From the NCBI GenBank assembly GCA_964412975.1, contig CAYPQX010000110.1:1-54874 (forward strand): DNA of 54,874 nt. Reading direction: 5' to 3'. Position 1 is the first letter of the stretch. Each line of letters begins with the position of its first letter. The DNA comes from an uncultured Steroidobacteraceae bacterium. GTDB lineage: Bacteria; Pseudomonadota; Gammaproteobacteria; Steroidobacterales; Steroidobacteraceae. Below are positions 33,843 to 45,376 of this stretch, in pieces. The position numbers and the translations under genes are program-made. The notes below the pieces were generated by a model. The model was not told where the DNA came from. It searched no databases and saw nothing but the letters and a program-made list of their open reading frames with translations.

Positions 33843-35441
33843 CTTCGCGGCCGGGGTCGGTGTCGCGGCCGGCGCCGGGTTGTGTTCCTCGTACCATTCG
33901 CCGGTGAAGGTGACGCCTTCGGTTGCGACCGCCTTGCCGTTGGCAAAGCGCGGGCTGTAGATCGCCTTGGACAATGAGCGCATCGACTGCGACAGCTGGC
34001 CTTCCGACATGTTGGTCGAGACGACCGAGACGTTCTGCGGCACCCCGGTTTCCGAGACGAAAAAGCTGAAGACGGTCTTGCGAATGATGTACTGGCCGGT
34101 CAGCGTGTTGAGGCCGCGGGCCGCGGAGACCGGCGGGCGATAGAACACCATCCGCGGCACCATGAGCGGATTGCCGGCCAGCGGATCAAAGGAGTTTCGC
34201 GTCTCGAGGATCGTGGCAGCTTCCTTATAGAAGGGAATCGCAAAGTTCGGCCGCGACGTCGTTTGGTACCAGTCGCCGAGTTCGATCAGCGTTTCGGTCA
34301 TGAGATCCTGCGGCGGATCCGACGTCGCGCGCAAGAGCTCGAGCGCCGTCTGCACGGACTTGAGGCCGGTGCGGTCAGCCGCCGGCGGCGGCACGCGCGA
34401 CTCGCGATAGACCTTGCCGACGATCTCGCCCGTGATCTCGTCGCGCGCCGGCTGCTGGCTTTCGAGCGTGTCCGGATCCATCGTGTACTGCAGACGGTGG
34501 GTGCGGGCGACTCCGACGAGCGCCTTGATCGCAAGCGGATTGAATCCGCCGCTCTCCCTGAAGGCGGCATCGCGCGCGCGCAGGTACATCATCCGCGCCG
34601 CGATGAATTCCCGGAGCGACTCATAGAAGGTCGCGAGTTGCAGCAGTGCCGGGAGCGTGCGCTCGTCGCCGTAACCGTAATTCTGTTCGGCGATCTTGAG
34701 CGCGTACATGTACTGTTTCTCGACGCCGCCAAAATCATTGATGGCGTACCGGCTGTCCGCGGCCTGTTCGATCAGTGGCAACTGCGCCAGGTTGAACAGG
34801 CCCTCGGAGCGGCGGCTGACCGCGAGCGCGCGATCGAAGAGCCCGGCGGCGAGCGCGTGCTGGTCCTGCGCCGCGTACACGGCGCCGAGACCGGCAAGCG
34901 GGACGATGAGGCGCCGGGACGAAATGCCCTGGGTCGCCTCGAGCAGTTCGAGCGATTTCTGGTAGCTTCCTGCCGCGGCCGGGTAATTGGAGAGCTGATA
35001 CTGCGTCGCGCCCAGGTTGTTATACGCAATCGGCAATTCGTAATCGCGTTCGGGGTCGGCTTCCGACAACTCGACGACGCGCCGCGCATAAGGCAAGGCT
35101 TCTTCGAAGTGCGCGGTTTCGTAGAGACCGCGGAACTGATCGTAGGCCTCCATGCGCGGATCCTGCGCAAGGATACGCAGCTGCTGGCGGGGCGCCGCCG
35201 GCTTCACATGTGCCTCGATCACGTCCGCGGTCGGCATCGTCACCGGGGTTCCAGCGGGCTCGCCGGTTGCAGGCCCTGCCGATCTGTCTGCGCCGGAAGC
35301 CGGCGGGTTCGCTGGTAGCGATTCGGCGGCGCCGGTTTCCACTGGCGGCGGCGCAGGGGTCACCGCGACCTCGGCCTCGGCCGAGGCAGCCGCGAGCAAC
35401 AGGAAGGCGAGCACCGGGGTCATGCTGTGACGATAGACCAT
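33825..35441 (-). CDS. Periplasmic TPR-repeat protein with a C-terminal TonB_C-like domain
   Basis: It has the signal peptide MTPVLAFLLLAAASAEA (start ATG 35441 or 35423) and TPR-like repeats (YNNLGATQYQLSNYPAAAGSYQKSLELL). The C-terminus VFSFFVSETGVPQNVSVVSTN...AIYSPRFANGKAV resembles the TonB C-terminal fold. It is convergent with the upstream block and overlaps it by 18 nt. Confidence 0.75.
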   Translation of the reverse strand: MVYRHSMTPVLAFLLLAAASAEAEVAVTPAPPPVETGAAESLPANPPASGADRSAGPATGEPAGTPVTMPTADVIEAHVKPAAPRQQLRILAQDPRMEAYDQFRGLYETAHFEEALPYARRVVELSEADPERDYELPIAYNNLGATQYQLSNYPAAAGSYQKSLELLEATQGISSRRLIVPLAGLGAVYAAQDQHALAAGLFDRALAVSRRSEGLFNLAQLPLIEQAADSRYAINDFGGVEKQYMYALKIAEQNYGYGDERTLPALLQLATFYESLREFIAARMMYLRARDAAFRESGGFNPLAIKALVGVARTHRLQYTMDPDTLESQQPARDEITGEIVGKVYRESRVPPPAADRTGLKSVQTALELLRATSDPPQDLMTETLIELGDWYQTTSRPNFAIPFYKEAATILETRNSFDPLAGNPLMVPRMVFYRPPVSAARGLNTLTGQYIIRKTVFSFFVSETGVPQNVSVVSTNMSEGQLSQSMRSLSKAIYSPRFANGKAVATEGVTFTGEWYEEHNPAPAATPTPAAKSDPGS

Positions 35442-35481
35442 ACGCCGTCGGGCGTGTTCCCTGCGGGCCAGGGCCGGCCAT

Positions 35482-36639
35482 TCATTTGCCCCTGGCATCG
35501 CGTTCGAAAACCGCTATCAGGCCGCCCGCGCAGACAGCGAGCAGGGGATCGGTGATTTCAGCCGTCTGGCCCGGCAGCCAGGTCTGCAGGAACTCGATCG
35601 AAAACACAGCCCCGGCGCCGAGTCCAGCCGCCGCGAAGACCGGCAAGCCGAACTGAACAAGGAGCCAGACCAGGGCGCCATTCATGAAGCAGCGAAGGAA
35701 CATGTCCGTCAGGTTGGTTGCGCGATACTGGGTCAGCGACTCACCGAAGGGCAGCAGCGCGAACCGGTCCTGTGAGAGCTGGAAGTCGAAGGGGGCGAGA
35801 CCTTCGATCGCGATCAGTAGCAGGAGCGCGACGGCGAGTACGAACGCAACCCGCGGAACCGGCAGCCGCGCGAGCGGACGCGCAAGTGCGAGCGCCGCGG
35901 CCATGCCCGTGACTTCGGCGGGCTCGAGTGCGATTCCGGCGAACAGCACGCGACCTGCGAGCACGAAGCCCATGGCGATCGCGACGATCGCAATAGGCCG
36001 GCCAGGAGCGAGCCGACCGCAGATCAAGACGAGCACGAGCCAGGCGACGAGGTGCGGTAGCACCGCGGCAGTCTGGAGCCAGCCGCCGCCGGCTAGCGGG
36101 TTGAACGCGGAGGCCCACTTGTCGGGTTCCAGAACCGGCGCAAATGGCGCCAGCCGGTAGCCGATCCATGAGAGAAGCAGCACGGCCGCTACTGGATGGC
36201 TGAGCACGCCCGCGAACGGCGACGAATCCAGCCGGTTGCGTGTGCGCGCAATCGCAAGCGCAAAGCAGGCGCCCGCGAACGCGCCGATGGTGTTACACGA
36301 GAAATCGGCGAGGCTCGTGACGCGCCGCGTTTCGTAAAGCTGGGCGAACTCGATGGCGAAGGACAATGCGGCGGCCGCGATGGTTGCCGTGGCGACTGCG
36401 AACGGGCCGCTGGCGCGCGCGGACAGGAGCCAGGCGAGGCAGGCGCCGAGCGGCAGATAGAGCAGCACATTGGCCGCGACGTCGCTTCGAGTCGTGCCCG
36501 CGAAAGTGAGCCCGCGCAGGAGATCGACCGGACTCGAGCCGACCGCGGCGAAGCTGAAGGGATAAAGCGAGCCGAAGACGATGAGGAACAGGATGACGGC
36601 GAGGAGCGAGGCTGCAATCCTGAGATCCTGCGCCGCCAC
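35482..36639 (-). CDS. VanZ-like polytopic membrane protein
   Basis: It has a GTG start. The N-terminal segment LYPFSF...NVLLYLPLG...FAIEFAQLY...SLADFSCNTIGA is typical of the VanZ domain, and additional TM helices follow. Confidence 0.7.
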   Translation of the reverse strand: MAAQDLRIAASLLAVILFLIVFGSLYPFSFAAVGSSPVDLLRGLTFAGTTRSDVAANVLLYLPLGACLAWLLSARASGPFAVATATIAAAALSFAIEFAQLYETRRVTSLADFSCNTIGAFAGACFALAIARTRNRLDSSPFAGVLSHPVAAVLLLSWIGYRLAPFAPVLEPDKWASAFNPLAGGGWLQTAAVLPHLVAWLVLVLICGRLAPGRPIAIVAIAMGFVLAGRVLFAGIALEPAEVTGMAAALALARPLARLPVPRVAFVLAVALLLLIAIEGLAPFDFQLSQDRFALLPFGESLTQYRATNLTDMFLRCFMNGALVWLLVQFGLPVFAAAGLGAGAVFSIEFLQTWLPGQTAEITDPLLAVCAGGLIAVFERDARGK

Positions 36640-36645
36640 GCCCGC

Positions 36646-37491
36646 TTATCCGAGGTCGACGGAGCGCCGCAACGCGAGGACTTCCTCGTAGCGAAGCGCC
36701 CGGAAATGGCCCGGTGGCAGCTTGCCGAGCTGAAGCGAGCCGAGGGCGACGCGCTCGAGGCTCTTGACCTTCATGCCGACCCGCGCGAACAGACGGCGTA
36801 TCTCGCGGTTCTGGCCTTCGCGGAGGGTCACCGACACGAGCGAGAGATCGCCGCGGCGCCGGTCCTTCATCCGCTTCAGGATGCGCACCTCCTTCAGGCG
36901 CGCGCGTTTCGCGCCGCCCTGGGGCGAGCCGGTGTCGGCGAGGAACATTCCCTGCGCGAGGCGCGCGATCGAATCGCTCGAGAGTTCCCCCTGCACCGCG
37001 ACCCGATACTCCTTTGCGATTCCGCGGCTCGGGTGCGCGAGGCGGTGGGCGAGTTCTCCGTCATTGGTGAGGAGCACGAGTCCGGTCGAATCGGCGTCGA
37101 GCCGGCCGACGGGATACACGCGGTCGCCGGCCGGCACGGCGGCGCGCACCATGTCGACGACATTCGGCCGCCCGCCTGGGTCCCGCGCGGTCGAGATCAC
37201 GCCGCGCGGCTTGTTGAGCACGAGATACAGCCGGTCGCGCGCGCGGACGCCCGTGCGGCGCCGTGTGTCGATGACGGTGCCGTCGAACTCGATCAGGTCG
37301 CGTAGGGGCTCGACGAGACAGGGGAGCGCAAGCACGCGCCGGCCGTTCACCCGCACGCGCCCGGCGCGAATGGCGAATTCCGAGTCACGTCGCGACGCGA
37401 CGCCCGCATCCGCCAGCACTTTCTGCAGGCGCTCGCCACCCTCCGTCGGCACGGCGACGGGTTTCCGGTCGCGAAAACGCGGGTCGCGCAT
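36646..37491 (-). CDS. RsuA/RluB-family rRNA pseudouridine synthase
   Basis: It has an S4 domain (RLQKVLADAGVASRRDSEFAIRAGRVRVNG) and the catalytic motif VYPVGRLDADSTGLVLLTNDGELAHRL. The start is either ATG 37491 or GTG 37533. Confidence 0.88.
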   Translation of the reverse strand: MRDPRFRDRKPVAVPTEGGERLQKVLADAGVASRRDSEFAIRAGRVRVNGRRVLALPCLVEPLRDLIEFDGTVIDTRRRTGVRARDRLYLVLNKPRGVISTARDPGGRPNVVDMVRAAVPAGDRVYPVGRLDADSTGLVLLTNDGELAHRLAHPSRGIAKEYRVAVQGELSSDSIARLAQGMFLADTGSPQGGAKRARLKEVRILKRMKDRRRGDLSLVSVTLREGQNREIRRLFARVGMKVKSLERVALGSLQLGKLPPGHFRALRYEEVLALRRSVDLG

Positions 37492-37556
37492 TGTCCTGTT
37501 CTCGATGATAGAGAACGGGTACGAGACTGACACGGGCGGCGGATCGCGCCCGTCCT

Positions 37557-37581
37557 AAAGGCGCCGCGGAGCGGCGCCCGG
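37557..37581 (-). terminator. Candidate rho-independent terminator after the HiPIP gene
   Basis: The stem is GGCGCCGC-gga-GCGGCGCC (37560-37578), followed on the minus strand by TTTAGGA. Confidence 0.45.
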
Positions 37582-37584
37582 GGC

Positions 37585-37926
37585 TTAACCGACCTTTGCG
37601 CCGGGTTTCAGCACCCAGACCTTGCACCAGCCCTGAGCAGCGACGTCCTTGCCAGGGAAGATATTGCAGGGACCTGCCGCGGCACCGGCCTTGCCGGTGT
37701 ATTGCATGCAGTTCGCGCAGATCTGGCCCGCCTTGTAGTTCGGGTTCGCTGCCGCATCGACCTTCTTGGCATCGGCGACATAGCCGAGCGACTTCGCGGT
37801 CGCATCGCTTTCCGACAGGGTTTCGGCAGTGACGTCGCGGGCGAAGAGCGAGGCCGCGGGCACGGCGGCGATGCCGGCAAGCGCGCCTTGCAACAACCGC
37901 CTGCGTGAAAGCTTTTCGTCGATCAT
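37585..37926 (-). CDS. High-potential iron-sulfur protein (HiPIP) with a Tat signal
   Basis: ATG 37926 is preceded by CAGGAG. It has the twin-arginine signal SRRRLLQG and the Cys pattern CANCMQY...GPCNIF...GWC. Confidence 0.85.
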   Translation of the reverse strand: MIDEKLSRRRLLQGALAGIAAVPAASLFARDVTAETLSESDATAKSLGYVADAKKVDAAANPNYKAGQICANCMQYTGKAGAAAGPCNIFPGKDVAAQGWCKVWVLKPGAKVG

Positions 37927-38063
37927 GGGAAGCTCCTGAATGAGTAGCCTGGCCTGCCGCCAGTATTCGCGTAATTGTCGCAATTCCTACCCGACCCTGC
38001 ATCCAATGAGAACTATTCTTGACTCGCGCCGGTGGCGGGCAATCGATTTGCTAGACTCCCGCC

Positions 38064-38389
38064 GGGCCTGTAGCTCAGTGGTTAGAGCAGGGGACTCATC
38101 TTTTGTTGCGAAAGGTGCCCCGGTTGCGAAAGTTTCCGGGTGGACGGGACGAATTCAGGGAAACCTTCCAGCGCGCACGCGGCTGATGGCAATCCTGAGC
38201 CGAGCCGGCGGTGCACCGCCGGAAGGTGCAGAGACTACCTGAGGGCTTTGAGTGCCCTTGATGACAGGCAAGAGCGTCCCGCACCCCCACGGCCGACTGG
38301 CGCCGCGGGTGAAGAGATAGTCCGCGCCCGCCGGAAACGGCGGGACCACGCGAATCCCTTGGTCCTGGGTTCGAATCCCAGCGGGCCCA
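38064..38389 (+). tRNA. tRNA-Ile(CAU) (ileX-like, lysidine-type) gene interrupted by a group I intron in the anticodon loop
   Basis: The exons GGGCCTGTAGCTCAGTGGTTAGAGCAGGGGACTCAT (38064-38099) and AATCCCTTGGTCCTGGGTTCGAATCCCAGCGGGCCCA (38353-38389) join into a 73-nt cloverleaf. It is collinear with E. coli tRNA-Ile2 as I recall it, including C4-G69 and C5-G68. CCA is not encoded. Confidence 0.85.
38100..38352 (+). ncRNA. Group I (IC3-like) self-splicing intron, 253 nt, with no internal ORF
   Basis: It is inserted right after anticodon CAU. The GGUGCC near the 5' end can form P1 with exon CAU, giving a U-G wobble at the splice site. Conserved core elements are GAATTCAGGGAAACC (P-like), GATGGCAATCCTGAGCC (Q-like), GAAGGTGCAGAGACTACC (R) and GAAGAGATAGTCC (S). 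The last nucleotide is G. Confidence 0.8.
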
Positions 38390-38530
38390 GCATTCCGGAT
38401 TTCATTGCGGACCCCGCCGCCGGCGTGGCCTGCACGCAACAACCTTTCGCACTTGCGGTAAATATCGATTGCAGAGACACTCTTGGCCACAACACCGCCC
38501 GGATCCACGGGCTGAAACAGGGGCAGGATC

Positions 38531-41482
<2,952 letters not shown>

Positions 41483-41501
41483 AGCCTGTTCGTTGATCCA
41501 G

Positions 41502-41534
41502 AGGCCGGTCCCCCGCGGGACCGGCCTTCTTTAT
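41502..41534 (+). terminator. Rho-independent terminator after the receptor gene
   Basis: AGGCCGGTCCC-ccgc-GGGACCGGCCT is a perfect 11-bp stem, followed by TCTTTAT. Confidence 0.75.
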
Positions 41535-41663
41535 GCCAGGAATCGGGCAGTCTTCGGGTCGAATTGCGCCGTTTGTCATATTTTTGCGCCCCGCGTCACG
41601 CTCGCTGACCGCGCAGTTTGTCACTGTCTCCCGAATCATCCGCAGGCCCCGGATCGCATCGCA

Positions 41664-42860
41664 TTGTCCAGATATCGCAAAATTCCAGTCGCTGAACTCG
41701 AGATCGGCATGTACGTATCCGAGCTCGATCGCCCGTGGCTCGAGACTCCGTTTCTGTTCCAGGGCTTCTACGTCCGGAGCGAGGATGAGGTTGCGGCGGT
41801 GCGGAGCCACTGCCAGCAGATTGTCATCGACACGCGCGTCGACGACGAGCCGCCGAAGGCGGCGACGCCCACGGCGCGCCCCGCGCGTCCGCCTGAGGAA
41901 GCGATGCGGGAGCTGAAGGACGAGATCAAGCAGGCCACCGGCATCCACGTTGCCGTCTATGCCTCCATCGAGGACGTGATGGGCGAGCTGAAGAGCTCGG
42001 GCAAGCTGAATGTCCACAAGCTCGAAGCCGCGGTGCTGCCGATGGTGGACAGCGTGCTGCGCAATCCCGCCGCGATGTCCTGCCTGATGCGCATCCGCCG
42101 CAAGGGCGGTTATCTCTATTCGCATTCGCTCGCCTCGTCGGTGTGGGCGACCGCGCTTGGCCGCGAGATCGGCCTCGACCGGGATGCGCTGCGGGTCGTT
42201 GCACTGGGCGCGATGCTGCTCGACGTCGGAAAGATCCGGATCCCCGGCAAGATCCTCGACAAGCCCGGCAAGCTCGATGCCGCCGAGATTGCGCTGGTGC
42301 GCCGGCACGTCGAATTCGGCCTGGACCTCGTGAGGGAGGCGGGCGACGTGGACCCGCGCGTGCTCGACATGGTCGCGCACCATCACGAGCGCCACAACGG
42401 CCTAGGCTACCCAAAGGCCCTCAAGGGCAGCGAGATTCCCGTTTACGGCCGTATCGCGGGCATCGTCGACACATACGACGCGATGATCACGTCGCGGCCT
42501 TATGCGAGCACGCAATCGTCCTATGGCGCGCTCCGCCAGCTCCGCGCGCTCGCCGGAACCGAATTCCAGTCAGAAGTCGTCGACCAGTTCACGCAGGCGA
42601 TCGGCATGTTCCCGACCGGGACGCTGGTACTTCTCAACACCGGAGAGGTGGCGGTCGTGACCGCGCAGAGCCGCATCCGCAGGCTCCGCCCGGAAGTCAT
42701 GATCATCCTCGATGCAGACAAGCAGCCGCTCGCGGATTATCGCGTCGTCGATCTCAACCAGGTCTCGGCGACCGCCGACGACCAGGCCTCGCTCTGGATC
42801 GAATCGGGGCTCGAACCCGGCGCCTATGACGTCGATCCCGCGGAGTACTACCTCAATTGA
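41664..42860 (+). CDS. HD-GYP domain c-di-GMP phosphodiesterase with an N-terminal DUF3391-like domain
   Basis: I chose the TTG start at 41664 because the family begins ...RKIPVAELEIGMYVSELDRPW. The upstream part of the track ORF covers the terminator. It has the HD motif LLDVGK...HHERHNGLGYP. Confidence 0.82.
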   Translation: MSRYRKIPVAELEIGMYVSELDRPWLETPFLFQGFYVRSEDEVAAVRSHCQQIVIDTRVDDEPPKAATPTARPARPPEEAMRELKDEIKQATGIHVAVYASIEDVMGELKSSGKLNVHKLEAAVLPMVDSVLRNPAAMSCLMRIRRKGGYLYSHSLASSVWATALGREIGLDRDALRVVALGAMLLDVGKIRIPGKILDKPGKLDAAEIALVRRHVEFGLDLVREAGDVDPRVLDMVAHHHERHNGLGYPKALKGSEIPVYGRIAGIVDTYDAMITSRPYASTQSSYGALRQLRALAGTEFQSEVVDQFTQAIGMFPTGTLVLLNTGEVAVVTAQSRIRRLRPEVMIILDADKQPLADYRVVDLNQVSATADDQASLWIESGLEPGAYDVDPAEYYLN

Positions 42861-42864
42861 CGCC

Positions 42865-44163
42865 ATGATCAAAGCGGCGCCGTTGCCGACGGGGAGCAGC
42901 GGCTATGCAGACTGCCTCGAGGCGATTCGCGCCCGGCTCGCCGCGCGCGAGGCGAAGCTCTACGGCATCGCTGTGCTCGTCGTCTACGTTCACCAGCTCG
43001 AGCGCCTGTTCGCGAGCGCCGGGCACGAGAACGCGGGGCGCATGCTCGACGAACTGCGCAATCGATTGTCGCAGGTCTCGAAGCCGGGAGACTATTTCTC
43101 GCGCCTCGGCGACCGCAAGTTCGTGTATGTGCTGTCAAACCTCAGAAACGAGGGCCACGCGCTGCTCGCGGCAAACAAGATCCTGCGCACCGGTTCCGAG
43201 CCCATCTCCGCGGGCGGACAGCATGCCAATGTCCGGCTCTCGGTCGGCATCGCCATGTACCCGGGGCATGCGCGCCATCCCGAGGCGCTGATGCAGTGCG
43301 CGGAAATCGCGCTGCTCGAAGCCTGGAAAACTTCGCAGCCATCCGTGGTCTACACCACCCGCAAGGCGGACGAGCTCGTCGCCGGCTGGGACCTCGAGAC
43401 GCAGCTCGCGACCGCGCTCGAGCATGGCGACCTCGTGATGAACTACCAGCCAAAGCTTTCGCTGCCGAAGCTCGAGGTCGTCGGCGTCGAGGCGCTCATG
43501 CGCTGGAACCGCCCGGAATCGGGCAACGTGCCGCCGGAGATCTTCATCGACGTCGCCGAGATGACCGGGCAGATCGACCCGCTGACGCGATTCGCCTTCC
43601 ATCGCGCGCTTCGCCAGCTCGGCGAGTGGCCGAAGAACCTCGGCTCGATTGGCGTCGCGGTGAATGTCACGCCGTCGATCATCTGCAACCCGGAGATCGT
43701 GGAAGTCATCCGCAATGCCGCCGGCCTCTGGTCGATCGATTTCAGGCGCCTGACCGTCGAGGTGACGGAGAACGCGCTGATGGTCGACCGCGAGCGCAGC
43801 CACCGCGTGCTGACCGAGATCCGCGAACTCGGCGCGCGCGTTTCGATCGACGATTTCGGAACGGGTTATTCGTCGCTGTCGTATCTGAAGCAGATCCCCG
43901 CCGACGAACTGAAGATCGACAAGTCCTTCGTGATGAACATGCTAGCCGATGAGGCTGACCTGAAGATCGTCGAACAGATCATCGCGCTCGGGCGTTCATT
44001 CAACCTCGAAGTGGTCGCGGAGGGCGTCGAGAACGCGGAAGTCGCGCGCCGGCTCGCGGAAATGGGTTGCAATTGCGCACAAGGCTTCCACTACGCGCGT
44101 CCGCTGCCGCCAGAGGAACTTTCGACCTGGATCCAGGAGTGGCGTCGTACGCGCAATTCCTGA
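42865..44163 (+). CDS. Degenerate GGDEF - EAL domain protein (probable c-di-GMP phosphodiesterase or effector)
   Basis: ATG 42865 lies 5 nt after the HD-GYP stop. The GGDEF site is degenerated to RLGDRKF. The EAL motifs are intact: GVEALMRW, EVTEN, DDFGTGYSSLSYL, KIDKSF, EGVE. Confidence 0.85.
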   Translation: MIKAAPLPTGSSGYADCLEAIRARLAAREAKLYGIAVLVVYVHQLERLFASAGHENAGRMLDELRNRLSQVSKPGDYFSRLGDRKFVYVLSNLRNEGHALLAANKILRTGSEPISAGGQHANVRLSVGIAMYPGHARHPEALMQCAEIALLEAWKTSQPSVVYTTRKADELVAGWDLETQLATALEHGDLVMNYQPKLSLPKLEVVGVEALMRWNRPESGNVPPEIFIDVAEMTGQIDPLTRFAFHRALRQLGEWPKNLGSIGVAVNVTPSIICNPEIVEVIRNAAGLWSIDFRRLTVEVTENALMVDRERSHRVLTEIRELGARVSIDDFGTGYSSLSYLKQIPADELKIDKSFVMNMLADEADLKIVEQIIALGRSFNLEVVAEGVENAEVARRLAEMGCNCAQGFHYARPLPPEELSTWIQEWRRTRNS

Positions 44164-44190
44164 AAGAGCCCCGGCCGTGCCGGCGGGCCT

Positions 44191-44679
44191 TCAGTTGTTG
44201 TCGTAAGGGTTGATCCCGCCGAACTTGTCTTTCTTGCCGGGCCTTGGCTTCGCGGCCTCGGCTTTTGCTTCCGGCTTCATGACCTTCCGCAGGATCTGCG
44301 TGCTGACGAGGGACAGTTCGTCAGCGGCACGACGTGTCGTATCGGTCAGCGGAGCCGCCGTAACGTCCGCGCTGCGCCCCGGCTTGGCGCCGGATTCGGC
44401 CGCCAGGGCTTTCTTGAGGTCGGCTTCGCTCACGATGCGGAAGAGGCCGGTCGCGGTGTCGCGCGCGAGGATGCCGTCCTTCCGCCCGGCAGCCAGCTTC
44501 TGGATCTCGCCCCGCGTCTTGCCGCCACCCGACTTGAGGATCTTTTCCAGCGCGGTCGTAGAAACGAGTTCGAGTTCGACGGCATCGACCTTTCCGAGCC
44601 AGACCGACCGGCCACGCTCGTCCGGCGCGACCTTGTCGACCTTGCGGATACGAACCGTTTTCGTGTGGTCCTTGCTCAT
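44191..44679 (-). CDS. Hypothetical protein (162 aa, Lys/Ala-rich C-terminus)
   Basis: It is trimmed to the ATG at 44677-44679 (MSKDHTKTVRIRKVDKV...). I recognise no domain. Confidence 0.55.
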   Translation of the reverse strand: MSKDHTKTVRIRKVDKVAPDERGRSVWLGKVDAVELELVSTTALEKILKSGGGKTRGEIQKLAAGRKDGILARDTATGLFRIVSEADLKKALAAESGAKPGRSADVTAAPLTDTTRRAADELSLVSTQILRKVMKPEAKAEAAKPRPGKKDKFGGINPYDNN

Positions 44680-44736
44680 CGGATCGGGCCCGGGGTGGCG
44701 GCGCATCGCCGCCGGAAAACTATATACTTTCGGCCG

Positions 44737-45366
44737 GTGAACGTCTTCATCCTCAATGCCGGCCGCTCCGGATCGAAGACGTTCGCGCGGGCCTGCGATC
44801 ACATCGCCAATTACACGAGCGCGCACGAGTCCCGCAGCGGACTCCTCGGCGAGGCGCATTTTGATTATCCGGACAACCACATCGAGTCGGACAACCGCCT
44901 GTCCTGGCTGCTCGGACGGCTCGACCGCAGGTTTGGTGACCGCGCCTTCTACGTTCACCTGACGCGGGAGGTCGGCCCGGTCGCCGCAAGCTGGGCGAAG
45001 CGTTCCTACACGGGAATGATGAACGCGTATCGCTACGCGATCCTATGGCATTGCCCGAAGGAGGCGACGCCGGTCGAAGTCGCCCTCGATTACTGCGATA
45101 CGGTCGAACAGAACATCCGGCTCTTCCTGCGCGACAAGACGAACCGGATGGAATTCAGGCTCGAGGAAGGCCGCGACCGATTCCCTGAGTTCTGGCAACG
45201 GATCGGTGCCGAGGGTGATTTCGCCGCCGCGCTCGCGGAATTCGACGTGCGGCACAACGCCGCCTGGGACCAGCGGCCCGAGCTCGAGCCGGGGCCGTTC
45301 AGGCGGTTCGCAAGCAAGCTCTACCGCATCGGACGGAAGCTCCCGGTGTTCCTGCGAAACGCCTGA
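44737..45366 (+). CDS. Hypothetical protein (possible sulfotransferase-like P-loop NAGRSGSKT)
   Basis: It has a GTG start at 44737 (VNVFILNAGRSGSKTFARA...) and is 209 aa long. The functional call is weak. Confidence 0.5.
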   Translation: MNVFILNAGRSGSKTFARACDHIANYTSAHESRSGLLGEAHFDYPDNHIESDNRLSWLLGRLDRRFGDRAFYVHLTREVGPVAASWAKRSYTGMMNAYRYAILWHCPKEATPVEVALDYCDTVEQNIRLFLRDKTNRMEFRLEEGRDRFPEFWQRIGAEGDFAAALAEFDVRHNAAWDQRPELEPGPFRRFASKLYRIGRKLPVFLRNA

Positions 45367-45376
45367 GGCGGTCGCG

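Noticed and set aside
38019-38057. TTGACT (38019-38024) and TAGACT (38052-38057) upstream of the tRNA as a sigma70 promoter
   Set aside because: The spacing between the two hexamers is 27 nt. With a 17-nt spacer the -10 would be ATCGAT, which is a poor match. This is not strong enough to annotate.
44163-44191. Short GC-rich dyad (CCGGC-cgt-GCCGG) between the convergent EAL gene and the hypothetical gene, as a possible terminator
   Set aside because: It has only a 5-bp stem and no T-tract on either strand, so I did not call it.
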